DNA from: an uncultured Gemmatimonadales bacterium
GTDB lineage: Bacteria > Gemmatimonadota > Gemmatimonadetes > Gemmatimonadales > GWC2-71-9
Length of the DNA: 64,000 bases
Direction of reading: 5' to 3'
NCBI GenBank assembly: GCA_963730185.1
Contig: CAVSQW010000015.1
Location: forward strand, 640,001 to 704,000
The number at the start of each line of letters is the position of its first letter. The stretch's first letter is position 1. A program made the translations under genes and the position numbers. Positions 9,301 to 19,217 of the stretch are shown here, one piece after another. The notes under the pieces were generated by a model. It was not told the origin of the DNA. It saw only the letters and a program-made list of their open reading frames with translations, and searched no databases.

Positions 9301-10559
9301 AGCCCCCGGCGGGAGGCCCGCCCCGGCTCGCGACCCTCACCATCGACCGGATCGCGGCCGGGGGTGACGGGGTGGGCCGGTTGGCCGACGGCCGGGTGGC
9401 CTTCGTGCCCCGAACCGCGCCCGGCGACCGGGTGGACATGGAGCTCACGGCGGAGCGGCCCCGATTCGTCCGGGGCCGGGTTCGCGAAGTGATCGCGCCG
9501 AGCCCGGATCGGGTCGAGCCCCGCTGCCCGCACTATGTCGCCGACGGGTGCGGTGGCTGCCAGCTCCAACATCTGGACGCCGAGGCCCAGCGGGCCGCCC
9601 GCCGCGCCATCGTGGGAGACGCCCTGCGCCGGCTCGGCCATCTCGACGTGCCGGACCCCGAGCTCGAGGTCGGCCCGACGGACTGGGAGTATCGGACCAA
9701 GATCGCGCTCGCGCGGGATCGTCGGGGGCGGATCGGATTCCATCCGGTCGAGCAGCCCGGCCGGGTCTTCGACCTGACGCAGTGCGAGATCGCGGTGCCG
9801 GCCCTCAACGCCCTCTGGGCGGAGGTGTCTCGCCACCGGCGCCTCCTCCCGATCGGGCTGGAACGGCTGGTCCTCCGGGTGGACCGTCGCGGGGGCGGGC
9901 ACGTGATCGTCGAGACCGTCGGCTCCGACGCCTGGACCCGGGGCCGCGAGCTCTGGCGCGCCCTCGGTGAGGGACCGGTCACCGTCTGGTGGAAGCCAGC
10001 CGACGGGGCGGCCCGGGCCGTGGCCGGGAGCGAGACCGCCTTTCCCGCCACCGCCTTCGAGCAGGTCAATCCGGCCCTCGGCGATGCCGTCCGCCGGTAC
10101 GCCGTGGACGCCCTGGGCCAGCCGTCGGGGCTCCGGGCCTGGGATCTCTATGCCGGAATCGGCGAGACCTCGGACCTCCTCGCGGAGCGCGGCGCCCGAG
10201 TCCAGAGCGTCGAGGTCGACCGGTGGGCGGTGGAAGAGGCGGAGCATCGACAGACGGGGCGGGAGCTGGTGATCGATCGGCGGGCCGGGCTGGTGGAAGC
10301 GGTGCTCCCGGAGCTCGATCCCGCCGACCTGGCCGTGGCCAATCCTCCCCGGGCCGGCCTGGCGCAAGCGGTGGTGGACGGTCTGGCCTCCCGGCCGCCC
10401 CGGCGGCTGGCCTACGTCTCCTGCGACCCGGCTACCCTGGCCCGGGACCTGGCCCGGCTGGTCGGGGCGGGGCCCTTTCGGCTCGACGCGGTGCGGGCCT
10501 TCGATCTCTTCCCTCAGACCGCGCACGTGGAAACCGTGGCGCTCCTGGAGCGGCGATGA
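9297..10559 (+). CDS. TRAM-domain RNA m5U methyltransferase (RlmD/TrmA family)
   Basis: TRAM N-terminus, CPHY..CGGC Fe-S motif, DLYAGIG, NPPRAG, YVSCDP, FPQTAHVE; GTGA overlap. Confidence 0.92.
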   Translation: MKPPAGGPPRLATLTIDRIAAGGDGVGRLADGRVAFVPRTAPGDRVDMELTAERPRFVRGRVREVIAPSPDRVEPRCPHYVADGCGGCQLQHLDAEAQRAARRAIVGDALRRLGHLDVPDPELEVGPTDWEYRTKIALARDRRGRIGFHPVEQPGRVFDLTQCEIAVPALNALWAEVSRHRRLLPIGLERLVLRVDRRGGGHVIVETVGSDAWTRGRELWRALGEGPVTVWWKPADGAARAVAGSETAFPATAFEQVNPALGDAVRRYAVDALGQPSGLRAWDLYAGIGETSDLLAERGARVQSVEVDRWAVEEAEHRQTGRELVIDRRAGLVEAVLPELDPADLAVANPPRAGLAQAVVDGLASRPPRRLAYVSCDPATLARDLARLVGAGPFRLDAVRAFDLFPQTAHVETVALLERR

Positions 10560-11056
10560 AGTACTTCGTGGCGATCGCGGGCCGGACCGTCGAGGTGGAG
10601 ATCGACGGCGACCGGATTCGAGTCGGCGACCGCGAGGTCCGGGCCGAGCTCCGGACCCTGGCCGGCACGCCGGTCCGCAACCTCTTCGTGGATGGGGAGT
10701 CGTGGATCGTGTCGGTCGAGGGGGGGCGGCCGAGAGAGTGGCTGCTGGGCCGGCGGGGGGAGCGGTTCGAGACGGAAGTCCTGGACGAGCGGACCCGCCA
10801 CATCCGGAGCCTGGTGGGCGAGGGAGCCGCCGCTCAAGCCGTCCCGGTCGTCAAGGCGCCCATGCCGGGTCTCGTGGTTCGGGTGCTGGTCGAGCCTGGC
10901 CAGGAGGTCGCGGCCGGCACCGGCCTCGTGGTGCTCGAGGCGATGAAGATGGAGAACGAGCTCAAGGCCGTCGGCCCCGGGGTCGTCGACGAGATTCTGG
11001 CGACCCCCGGGCAGGCGGTGGAGAAAGGCGCGGTGCTGGTCCGCTTCAGGGTTTGA
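10556..11056 (+). CDS. Biotin carboxyl carrier subunit
   Basis: KAPMPG...EAMKMEN biotinylation motif; ATGA overlap. Confidence 0.93.
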   Translation: MKYFVAIAGRTVEVEIDGDRIRVGDREVRAELRTLAGTPVRNLFVDGESWIVSVEGGRPREWLLGRRGERFETEVLDERTRHIRSLVGEGAAAQAVPVVKAPMPGLVVRVLVEPGQEVAAGTGLVVLEAMKMENELKAVGPGVVDEILATPGQAVEKGAVLVRFRV

Positions 11057-11302
11057 GGGTTGCCCAACCGGTCTCGCAGGTCATCTCGAAGATGTCGTTG
11101 AAGGCCACCTCGAAGTCCGGCGGGCCGGGGGGCGCCGGGGGCGGGGTGGTGCCGGTCGAGGGGGTGCCGCAGGCGGCCAGCCGGAGGAGCGGTGGCCAGG
11201 GTCGACGGGAAACGAGCCCGGGGCGTCCGGTCCCAATGGCACGAGCTCGGGGCTCGGTTGGTCTCAGGTCGGTTGCAGCCCTCCGGGCGGGCCCGGCCGC
11301 CC

Positions 11303-11332
11303 TTGACCTAACCCCTTGCTGTCAGGTATCTT
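11303..11332 (+). promoter_or_regulatory. sigma70-like promoter for rplM operon
   Basis: TTGACC-18-TATCTT. Confidence 0.55.
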
Positions 11333-11374
11333 GGCAAGCTCTGTACGAACCTGACTGGAACTGACGGTGCACCG

Positions 11375-11818
11375 ATGAAGACCTTTTCCGCCAAGCCCGC
11401 CGACGTCACCCATGACTGGCATGTCGTGGATGCGTCGGACGTTCCGCTCGGCCGGCTCGCGTCGGCGGTGGCGCAGCTGATTCGGGGCAAGCACAAGCCC
11501 ACCTTCACCCCGCACGTCGATGGCGGCGATTTCGTGGTGGTGGTCAATGCGGCCCGGGTCAAGCTCACCGGCAACAAGCCCGAGCAGAAGCGCTACTTCC
11601 GCCACACCGGCTACATGGGTCACGAGCGGTTCACGGCGGTGAAGGACATGCTGAGCAAACATCCCGACCGGGTGATCGAGAAGGCCGTGTTCGGGATGCT
11701 GCCCAAGAACTCGCTTTCCCGGCAGCGGCTGCGCGGGAAGCTCAAGGTGTATGCGGGTGAGGCGCATCCGCACGCCGCGCAGCAGCCGAAGCCCTTCGCC
11801 ATCAAGGTGAGCGCATGA
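11375..11818 (+). CDS. rplM: 50S ribosomal protein L13
   Basis: [27 protein letters not shown]. Confidence 0.99.
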   Translation: MKTFSAKPADVTHDWHVVDASDVPLGRLASAVAQLIRGKHKPTFTPHVDGGDFVVVVNAARVKLTGNKPEQKRYFRHTGYMGHERFTAVKDMLSKHPDRVIEKAVFGMLPKNSLSRQRLRGKLKVYAGEAHPHAAQQPKPFAIKVSA

Positions 11819-12219
11819 CCGCGACGACTCCGGAGTTCCGCTGGCACGGCGTCGGCCGCCGCAAGACGGGTGTGGCCCGTGTCTACCTCACGCCGGGCAC
11901 CGGCAAGTGGGAGATCAACGGCCGGACCCTCGGCGACTACTTCCCGCGGCCGTCGCTGGTGCAGCACATTCAGCAGCCCTTCGCGGCCACCGACACGCTG
12001 GGCGCCTTCGACGTCCGGGCGCACGTCGACGGCGGCGGCCAGACCGGTCAGGCGGGCGCCCTCCGGCTCGGCATCGCGCGGGCTCTGGTGCTCGCCGACC
12101 CGATGCACCGGACCAAGCTGCGGACCGGAGGCTTCCTGACCCGCGACGCGCGGGCGGTGGAGCGGAAGAAGCCGGGCCGTCCGGGCGCCCGGAAGCGGTT
12201 CCAGTTCTCGAAGCGGTAG
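11815..12219 (+). CDS. rpsI: 30S ribosomal protein S9
   Basis: [26 protein letters not shown]. Confidence 0.99.
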   Translation: MTATTPEFRWHGVGRRKTGVARVYLTPGTGKWEINGRTLGDYFPRPSLVQHIQQPFAATDTLGAFDVRAHVDGGGQTGQAGALRLGIARALVLADPMHRTKLRTGGFLTRDARAVERKKPGRPGARKRFQFSKR

Positions 12220-12249
12220 CGTACCGGCGCGCCGGGGATGGCGCGCCGA

Positions 12250-12350
12250 TCTCTCACATCGCTGGATTTTCGAACGGGGTGTCCGTCGCCCCGGGTCCCT
12301 TGGGGCCTCGCGGCGGATCGGTTCGGAGAGACGAAGGCGGTGGCGGATTC
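12250..12350 (+). promoter_or_regulatory. Putative rpsB (S2) leader RNA
   Basis: Position before rpsB; CACA...GGGGTG...hairpin...GGTGGCGGA layout resembling S2 leaders. Confidence 0.45.
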
Positions 12351-12382
12351 AACCCGAACCGGAAGGACCGAACGGACCACGC

Positions 12383-13297
12383 ATGGCTCAACCAGAGTTG
12401 CAGGAACTCCTCGAAGCAGGCGTACACTTCGGGCACCAGACCCGGCGGTGGAACCCCAAGATGCGGCGGTTCATCTTCGCCGAGCGCTCGGGGATTTACA
12501 TCATCGATCTGAAGAAGACGCGAGAGCAGCTCGGCAAGGCGCAGGAGCTGCTCAAGAACGTCGTGGCCAAGGGCGACAACGTCCTGTTCGTCTGTACCAA
12601 GCGGCAGCTCAAGGCTCTGGTGCAGGCCGAGGCGGAGAAGGCGGGCGCCCTGTACGTCACCGAGCGGTGGCTGGGCGGCACCCTGACCAACTTCCAGACC
12701 ATCAAGCGGCAGATCCGCCGCCTCCGGGAGCTGGAGCAGGGAAGCTCGGACGGCGACTTCGCGAACTACACCAAGAAGGAAAAGCTGCTCTTCGAGCGGG
12801 AGCGCCAGAAGCTGTCGCGCTACCTCGAGGGCGTGAAGAACATGGGCCGCCTTCCCGGGGCGCTGTTCGTGGTCGACGCGAAGAAGGAACGGATCGCGAT
12901 TCTCGAGGCCAACAAGCTCGGGATTCCGGTCGTCGCCATCGTCGACACCAACGCCGACCCCGACGTGATCACGGTGCCGATCCCCGGGAACGACGACGCG
13001 ATCCGCTCGGTTTCCCTGATCACGGCCGCCCTGGGCGACGTGATCCTGGAGACCCGGATGGCGGCGCCGAATCGCGAGGGCGAGGACGGCGAGGCCGAGA
13101 CCTACAGCACCGATTCGGGTAGCGAGGGCGATCCGGATGCGGATCGCCGGCGTCGTCGCCCCGCACGGAAGCGGCGCCCGAAGCCTGAAGTGATCGCCGC
13201 GCGGCTCAAGAGCGAGGGCGAAGGCGACGCCGCCGCAGTTGACGCCGCAGCCGTTACCGAGAACAGTGAGGTGAGCGGCACCGACGGCGGCGCGTAG
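12383..13297 (+). CDS. rpsB: 30S ribosomal protein S2 with C-terminal extension
   Basis: LLEAGVHFGHQTRRWNPKM, RWLGGTLTN, PGNDDAIRS. Confidence 0.99.
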   Translation: MAQPELQELLEAGVHFGHQTRRWNPKMRRFIFAERSGIYIIDLKKTREQLGKAQELLKNVVAKGDNVLFVCTKRQLKALVQAEAEKAGALYVTERWLGGTLTNFQTIKRQIRRLRELEQGSSDGDFANYTKKEKLLFERERQKLSRYLEGVKNMGRLPGALFVVDAKKERIAILEANKLGIPVVAIVDTNADPDVITVPIPGNDDAIRSVSLITAALGDVILETRMAAPNREGEDGEAETYSTDSGSEGDPDADRRRRRPARKRRPKPEVIAARLKSEGEGDAAAVDAAAVTENSEVSGTDGGA

Positions 13298-13432
13298 GCC
13301 CGACTGCCCGGACCAGCGTCCGGACATCGTGAACCGAGCCGCCGCGCACGGGCCCTGTCGGCCAGGCGCGGCGGTTCCACAAAGAGCGGGTCCGTTCCCC
13401 AGGGGAGCGACCCGGACCAGAAGCCAGGACTT

Positions 13433-14299
13433 ATGACGACCAAGATCTCGACCAAGGACATTAGCGAGCTCCGGGCCAGGACCGGAGCCGGCATCGGAGA
13501 CTGCAAGGCCGCACTCGAAGAGGCGCAGGGCGATCTCGAGAAGGCCGCCGACATCCTCCGCAAGAAGGGCATCGCCAAGGCCGAGAAGCGGGCGGGTCGG
13601 AGCGCGTCGCAGGGGTTGGTGGTGATCGAGCGGAGCGCCGACGGCACCGACGGCGCCATGGTCGAGCTCAACTGCGAGACCGATTTCGTGGCCCGGACCG
13701 ACGACTTCATCGCGCTGGCCCGCGATCTGGCCAAGCAGGTGCTGGCTCACGGACCGGTCGGCGTCAACGCCGCCGGCGTGGCCGAGCAGCCGTTCCGCGA
13801 CAAGACGGTGGGCGAGATCGTGAAGCTGACGTCGGGCAAGACCGGCGAGGCCATGAGCCTCAATCGGTACGCCCGGTTCACCGCCAAGGGCGGCGCGGTG
13901 GAATCCTACCTTCACCACAACGGCCAGGTCGGCGTGCTGGTGGAGCTCGAGGGCCCCAAGGCCGCCGGGCTGAGCGAGCTGGGCCGCGAGGTGGCGCTCC
14001 ACATCGCGTCGGCCGACCCGGTCGGCGTGAATGAGAGCGACATCCCGGCCGAGATGATCGAGCGGGAGCGGCGGATCGCCGAGGAACAGGTCGCGGCCGA
14101 AGGCAAACCCGAAAACATCCGGGGCAAGATCGTCGAGGGCAAGCTCAAGAAGTTCGTGGCGGAGCGGTCGCTGGTGGCGCAGCCCTTCGTCAAGGACGAG
14201 TCCAAGACGATCGGCGACCTGGTCGCCGCGGCCGCCAAGGCGCTCGGCGCGCCGGTCACGCTGGTGCGGTTCGCCCGATTCAAGGTCGGGGAAGGCTGA
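13433..14299 (+). CDS. tsf: Elongation factor Ts
   Basis: [23 protein letters not shown]. Confidence 0.99.
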   Translation: MTTKISTKDISELRARTGAGIGDCKAALEEAQGDLEKAADILRKKGIAKAEKRAGRSASQGLVVIERSADGTDGAMVELNCETDFVARTDDFIALARDLAKQVLAHGPVGVNAAGVAEQPFRDKTVGEIVKLTSGKTGEAMSLNRYARFTAKGGAVESYLHHNGQVGVLVELEGPKAAGLSELGREVALHIASADPVGVNESDIPAEMIERERRIAEEQVAAEGKPENIRGKIVEGKLKKFVAERSLVAQPFVKDESKTIGDLVAAAAKALGAPVTLVRFARFKVGEG

Positions 14300-15009
14300 T
14301 GCCCCTGGCCTATCGCCGGGCCTTGCTCAAGATTTCGGGCGAGGCCTTGGCGGGCGAACGCGGGTTCGGGCTCGACTACGGGCTGGTGGAAGGCCTGGCG
14401 GGCCAGATCAAGGGCGTTCACGCCCAAGGGATCGATCTGGGCCTGGTGGTCGGCGGCGGCAACATCGTGCGGGGCACCCACGCGAGCCGGGAAGGGCTCG
14501 ACCGGGTGAATGCCGACTACATGGGCATGCTGGCGACCGTCATCAACGCGCTGGCGCTCCAGGACATTCTGGAGAAGATGGGGGTCCAGACCCGGGTAAT
14601 GACCGCCATCCGGATGGAATCCCTGGCCGAGCCGTACATTCGACGGCGGGCCGTGCGACATTTGGAGAAGGGGCGGCTGGTGATCTTCGCCGCCGGCACC
14701 GGCAACCCCTTCTTCTCCACCGACACCGCGGCGGTGCTCCGGGCCCTGGAGATGGAGGCGGAGGTGCTGCTCAAGGCGACCAGCGTCGACGGCGTCTACA
14801 CCGGCGATCCGAAGAAGGACCCGACGGCCACCTTCATTCCCGAGCTCAGCTTCCAGGACGCCATCGTCAACGGATACGCCGTGATGGATGCCAACGCCTT
14901 CGGGCTGTGCAAGGACAACCGACTTCCGATCGTGGTGTTCAACATTAACCAGCCCGGCTCCATCGCCCGGGTGCTGTCGGGCGAGCGGGTGGGGACGATC
15001 GTGCGATGA
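14299..15009 (+). CDS. pyrH: UMP kinase
   Basis: [28 protein letters not shown]. Confidence 0.98.
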   Translation: MPLAYRRALLKISGEALAGERGFGLDYGLVEGLAGQIKGVHAQGIDLGLVVGGGNIVRGTHASREGLDRVNADYMGMLATVINALALQDILEKMGVQTRVMTAIRMESLAEPYIRRRAVRHLEKGRLVIFAAGTGNPFFSTDTAAVLRALEMEAEVLLKATSVDGVYTGDPKKDPTATFIPELSFQDAIVNGYAVMDANAFGLCKDNRLPIVVFNINQPGSIARVLSGERVGTIVR

Positions 15010-15557
15010 CCATTCCAGACATTCTCAAGCAGGCCCGCGAGGGCATGGACAAGGCGATCGAGAACACCAAGCGGGAGTTCTCGTCGATCCGGAGCGGCAA
15101 GGCCAGCGTGCACCTGCTCGATACGGTGCGGGTCGAGGCCTACGGCACCCAGGTGCCGCTCAATCAGGTGGGCATGGTGTCGGCGCCGGAGCCGAGGATG
15201 ATCACGGTCCAGGCCTTCGACAAGGGGCTCACTCAGGCCATCGAGAAGGCCATTCGCGACGCCGGCCTCGGCCTCAACCCGGCCAGCCAGGCCACCCTGA
15301 TCCGGGTCCCGATTCCGGCGCTCTCCGAGGAGCGCCGGAGGGAGCTGGTGAAGGTGATCCACAAGCTCGCCGAGGAAGGCCGGATCGCCGTCCGCCACGC
15401 CCGGACCGACGCGTTGCACAAGCTGAAGAAGCTCGAGCATGTCTCCGAGGACGAGACGACCCGGGCCGAGAAGGACGTCCAGAAGCTGACCGACGACCAC
15501 GTGAAGCTGACCGATGAGCTGACCCAGTCCAAAGAAGCGGAGATCATGGAGGTGTGA
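15006..15557 (+). CDS. frr: Ribosome recycling factor
   Basis: [24 protein letters not shown]. Confidence 0.98.
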   Translation: MTIPDILKQAREGMDKAIENTKREFSSIRSGKASVHLLDTVRVEAYGTQVPLNQVGMVSAPEPRMITVQAFDKGLTQAIEKAIRDAGLGLNPASQATLIRVPIPALSEERRRELVKVIHKLAEEGRIAVRHARTDALHKLKKLEHVSEDETTRAEKDVQKLTDDHVKLTDELTQSKEAEIMEV

Positions 15558-16309
15558 CCGTCTCCGCCGACGACCTGCTCGCCCGGGTACGGATCCAGGG
15601 CGCGGTGCCCCGCCACGTGGCCGTCATCATGGATGGCAACGGGCGGTGGGCCAAGCGTCGCAACCTGCCACGCCCGGCGGGCCACCAGGCCGGCATGGCG
15701 TCGGTCCGGCGGATCGTCGAGTCCGGGATCCAGTCCGGGGTCGAGACCCTCACCCTCTTCGCCTTCAGTCAGGAGAACTGGCAGCGGCCCCCCGAGGAGG
15801 TCGAAGCCCTGATGGCGCTGCTTCAGCAGTACGTCGCGACCCAGACCGAGGAGCTCCTGGGCCAGGGCGTCCGGGTCCGGATGCTCGGCGATCTCACCCG
15901 GCTCACGCCGCCGGCCAAGAAGGCCGTGGATTTCGTCGAGGCGACGACCGCCGGCGGGACCCGGCTCGGTCTCAACATCTGCGTCTCCTACAGCTCGCGC
16001 GCCGAGCTGGTGATGGTGGCCCGCCTCCTGGCCGACGAGGTCAAGGCGGGCCGGTTGGAGCCCGACGCGATCGACGAGGCCGCGATCGCCGAGCGGCTCT
16101 ACACCGCGCCCTGGGGCGATCCCGATCTCCTGATCCGGACCTCCGGCGAGCTTCGGATCTCGAATTTTCTCCTCTGGCAGCTGGCCTACGCCGAGCTCTA
16201 CGTGACGCCCGTGCTCTGGCCGGACTTCGACCGCGAGCACTTCTTCCAGGCCATCCTCGACTATCAGCGGCGCGAGCGCCGCTTCGGTCGAGTCTCCACC
16301 GACTCGTAA
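15554..16309 (+). CDS. uppS: Undecaprenyl diphosphate synthase
   Basis: HVAVIMDGNGRWA, FSQENWQRP, IRTSGELRISNFLLWQ. Confidence 0.97.
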   Translation: MTVSADDLLARVRIQGAVPRHVAVIMDGNGRWAKRRNLPRPAGHQAGMASVRRIVESGIQSGVETLTLFAFSQENWQRPPEEVEALMALLQQYVATQTEELLGQGVRVRMLGDLTRLTPPAKKAVDFVEATTAGGTRLGLNICVSYSSRAELVMVARLLADEVKAGRLEPDAIDEAAIAERLYTAPWGDPDLLIRTSGELRISNFLLWQLAYAELYVTPVLWPDFDREHFFQAILDYQRRERRFGRVSTDS

Positions 16310-16333
16310 CCCGCGGCTGGGCGGGAGCGATCC

Positions 16334-17221
16334 ATGTCGAATCAGGTTCAGCGGCTGCTCGTCGCGGCGATCGCGATCCCCGTCGCGATCGGGATCGTGT
16401 ACTGGGGCGGGGCTCTCTTGGCCCTGCTGGTCATCCTCCTGGCCGCCCTGGGCGCGTCCGAGCTGGTGGGCATCGCCCGGCGGCAGGGGACCGGGCCGAT
16501 CGGCTGGCTGGCGGTGCTGGTCAGCGCGCTCTTTCCGGCCGGGGTCTGGCTGCTCTACGGCCAGGGCGTGCCAGGGGCCGGCTTCGGGGTGCTGACCTGG
16601 TCGGTCGCGGCGCCGTCGAGCTGGTTCGTGCTTGCGCTTCTGGTGCTGCTGGCGTTGAGCGTCACCCTGGCGGCCCGGGCGCCGACCGACCGGCCCCTGG
16701 CCGCCGCGGCCACCACGGTCCTGATCCCGCTCTACTGCGGCGCCTTGCCCAGCTTCGTGCTCGGGATCCGCTACGGGATCGGGCCACCGCGGCATTGGCC
16801 CGCCACCTGGGCGGTGTTCTTCCCGCTGGCGGTGATCTGGGTCTGCGACTCGGCCGCGATGTACGGCGGCCGGATGATCGGCGGGCCCAAGCTGGCGCCG
16901 GTGGTAAGCCCCGGGAAGACCCGGGCGGGCGCGGTGAGCGGCGTGATCGGCGGGGTCGTCGCCGCGGTGCTCTACGACCGCCTGGCGCTCGCGCCGTCGG
17001 GGTTCGACGTGCCGCTTTGGCAGGTGGTGACCATGGGCTTGGTGCTCTCGGTGGTCGGGCAGATCGGTGATCTCGCGGAGTCGCTGTTCAAGCGAGAGGC
17101 GGGGGTCAAGGACTCGAGTCACCTGATTCCCGGCCACGGCGGCGTCCTGGACCGGCTCGACTCGCTCTACTTCGTTCTTCCGGTCGGCGCCATGCTGTAC
17201 CGTCTCTTCGGAGTGCTCTAG
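16334..17221 (+). CDS. cdsA: Phosphatidate cytidylyltransferase
   Basis: SPGKT, GDLAESLFKR..KDS..IPGHGGVLDRLDS. Confidence 0.96.
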   Translation: MSNQVQRLLVAAIAIPVAIGIVYWGGALLALLVILLAALGASELVGIARRQGTGPIGWLAVLVSALFPAGVWLLYGQGVPGAGFGVLTWSVAAPSSWFVLALLVLLALSVTLAARAPTDRPLAAAATTVLIPLYCGALPSFVLGIRYGIGPPRHWPATWAVFFPLAVIWVCDSAAMYGGRMIGGPKLAPVVSPGKTRAGAVSGVIGGVVAAVLYDRLALAPSGFDVPLWQVVTMGLVLSVVGQIGDLAESLFKREAGVKDSSHLIPGHGGVLDRLDSLYFVLPVGAMLYRLFGVL

Positions 17222-17230
17222 CCTCCGCCC

Positions 17231-18349
17231 ATGTCTGGCGTCGCCCTCCTCGGCTCCACCGGCTCGATCGGGTGCTCCACCCTCGAGGTGCTCCGGCGCC
17301 ATCCCGACCGGTTCGAGCTGGTGGCTCTCACGGCGGGCGCCAACGTGGAGCTGCTCGAGCGGCAGGTGGCCGAGTGGAGGCCCCGGTTCGCCGGCCTGGC
17401 CCGGGGCAACGGCCAGGCCGGGTTCCCCTGCGGTCGGGAGTGTCTGCTCGAGGCCGCGGTCCATCCCGACGCCGACATCGTGGTCAACGCGGTGGTGGGG
17501 TTCGCCGGGCTGGAGGCGACCTTGGCCGCGCTCCGGGCGGGGAAGCGGGTGGCGCTGGCCAACAAGGAATCGCTGGTGGTGGCGGGACACCTGGTCGCCG
17601 AGGCCCGGCGGGCGGGTGGTGGCGAGCTGGTTCCAATCGACTCCGAGCACAGCGCCGTGCTCCAGTGTCTGGTCGGGAAGAGCGCCCCGCCCTCGCGGCT
17701 GATCCTGACCGCCTCGGGGGGGCCGTTTCGAACCTGGGAGCCGGACCGGGTGGCGGGCGCCACGGTCGTGGAGGCCCTGAACCATCCCACCTGGCAGATG
17801 GGCAGCAAGATCACCGTCGACAGCGCCACCCTGGCCAACAAGGCCATGGAGGTGATCGAGGGGCACTTTCTCTTCGAGCTGCCCTACGAGGCCATCGACG
17901 TCGTGGTGCATCCGCAGAGCATCGTCCACGCCTTCGTCGAGTTTCCCGACGGGAGCGTGCTGGCCCAGCTCGGGTTCCCCACCATGGAGCTCCCGATCCT
18001 CTACGCCCTGACCCATCCCGAGCGACTCCCCGACCAAGGCGTCCGCCGGTTCGACCCGGTCGAGGCCGGGCCCCTGACGTTCGAGCCGGTCCGGCGCGAC
18101 GTGTTTCGGGCCTACGCCGCGGGGATCGCCGCGGGGAAGGCGGGAGGCACGGCCCCCTGCGTGTTCAACGGGGCCAACGAAGAGGCCGTCGCCGCGTTCC
18201 TGGCCGGGAAGGTGGCGTTCGGGCGGATCGCCGAGGTGGTCGAAGCAGTGCTGGAGCGCCATCGCCCGGCGCCGGTCGACACCCTCGAGGCCGTTCTGGC
18301 CGCCGACGCCCGGGCCCGGGCCGAGGCCAGGCGCTTCCTCGAGGCCTGA
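17231..18349 (+). CDS. dxr: 1-deoxy-D-xylulose 5-phosphate reductoisomerase
   Basis: LGSTGSIG, LANKESLV, PIDSEH, HPTWQMGSKITVDSAT. Confidence 0.98.
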   Translation: MSGVALLGSTGSIGCSTLEVLRRHPDRFELVALTAGANVELLERQVAEWRPRFAGLARGNGQAGFPCGRECLLEAAVHPDADIVVNAVVGFAGLEATLAALRAGKRVALANKESLVVAGHLVAEARRAGGGELVPIDSEHSAVLQCLVGKSAPPSRLILTASGGPFRTWEPDRVAGATVVEALNHPTWQMGSKITVDSATLANKAMEVIEGHFLFELPYEAIDVVVHPQSIVHAFVEFPDGSVLAQLGFPTMELPILYALTHPERLPDQGVRRFDPVEAGPLTFEPVRRDVFRAYAAGIAAGKAGGTAPCVFNGANEEAVAAFLAGKVAFGRIAEVVEAVLERHRPAPVDTLEAVLAADARARAEARRFLEA

Positions 18350-18450
18350 GTCGGGACGTGAGGGCCGGACCGCCGATTGGTCGCGAGTGAGGGAATCACC
18401 GCCTCGTCGTCGCTTCCCTGGTAGACCCCTCTCAACCAGGAGCGTCCCGG

Positions 18451-19023
18451 ATGCGCCGTCTCACCCCGCTGTTGCTCACCTGCCTGTTCGCTCTTCCCCT
18501 CGCCGCCCAGGACAGCCCCCGGCACGGGTTCTTCCTGTCGATCGGGGCCGGCGCGGGGTCGGCCGGGCTCACCTGTTCGGACTGCGGCGGCGTGGATCTC
18601 AGCAAGCGGCTCGACGGGGTCGCCGGCTACGCCCGATTCGGCGGCACCGTCTCGCCCAATCTCCAGGTCGGGGTCGAGGGGACGGGCTGGATCAAGAACA
18701 GCGATGGCCTGCAGCGCCGAATCGCCACCGCCGGTGTGGTGTTCGTGGCCTATCCGAGCCGGACGGCCGGGTTCTTCCTCAAGGGCGCGGTGGGTGGCGT
18801 GCGGGCGGTCATCGAGAACGACATCGCCACCCTGGTGGGTGAAGGCTTGATGTGGAGCGGCGGCCTGGGCTACGACATCCCCCTCGGCACCGGCGCGGCC
18901 CTGACGCCCTACGTGAGCTACTTCGGATCCTCGAACACCGGGGCGGACCTCAACGGCGTGTCGCTCGGGGTCAATCTCAACCCCAACGTGCTCCAGTTCG
19001 GGATCGGCATCACGATTCCGTGA
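18451..19023 (+). CDS. Secreted, probable small outer-membrane beta-barrel protein
   Basis: Signal peptide (LLLTCLFALPLAA-Q), alternating Gly/hydrophobic strands, C-terminal QFGIGITIP; AGGAG RBS. Confidence 0.7.
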   Translation: MRRLTPLLLTCLFALPLAAQDSPRHGFFLSIGAGAGSAGLTCSDCGGVDLSKRLDGVAGYARFGGTVSPNLQVGVEGTGWIKNSDGLQRRIATAGVVFVAYPSRTAGFFLKGAVGGVRAVIENDIATLVGEGLMWSGGLGYDIPLGTGAALTPYVSYFGSSNTGADLNGVSLGVNLNPNVLQFGIGITIP

Positions 19024-19037
19024 CTGGAGAGCGCCCG

Positions 19038-19214
19038 ATGCATCCGGAGCGATGGCGCCGGCTGGCGGAGCTCTTCGAGGCCGCGAGCCGGCTCGCGCCC
19101 GCGGATCGGCCGGCGTTCCTCGAGCGGTCCTGCGGGGAGGACGCGGATCTGCGCCGGGAGGTGGAGTCCCTGCTGGCGGCCGCCCACCCCTTCCTGCGCG
19201 ACGGGCGGGGCTGA
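19038..19214 (+). CDS. 58-aa stand-alone homolog of the N-terminal domain of the adjacent Ser/Thr kinase
   Basis: MHPERWRRLAELFEAAS...LRREVESLLAAA; 24/49 identical to the kinase N-terminus by manual alignment; GGAGA RBS. Confidence 0.7.
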   Translation: MHPERWRRLAELFEAASRLAPADRPAFLERSCGEDADLRREVESLLAAAHPFLRDGRG

Positions 19215-19217
19215 CGC

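Noticed and set aside
13080..13297. Arg/Lys-rich and acidic tail of S2 as a separate domain
   Set aside because: Low-complexity S2 extensions are common.
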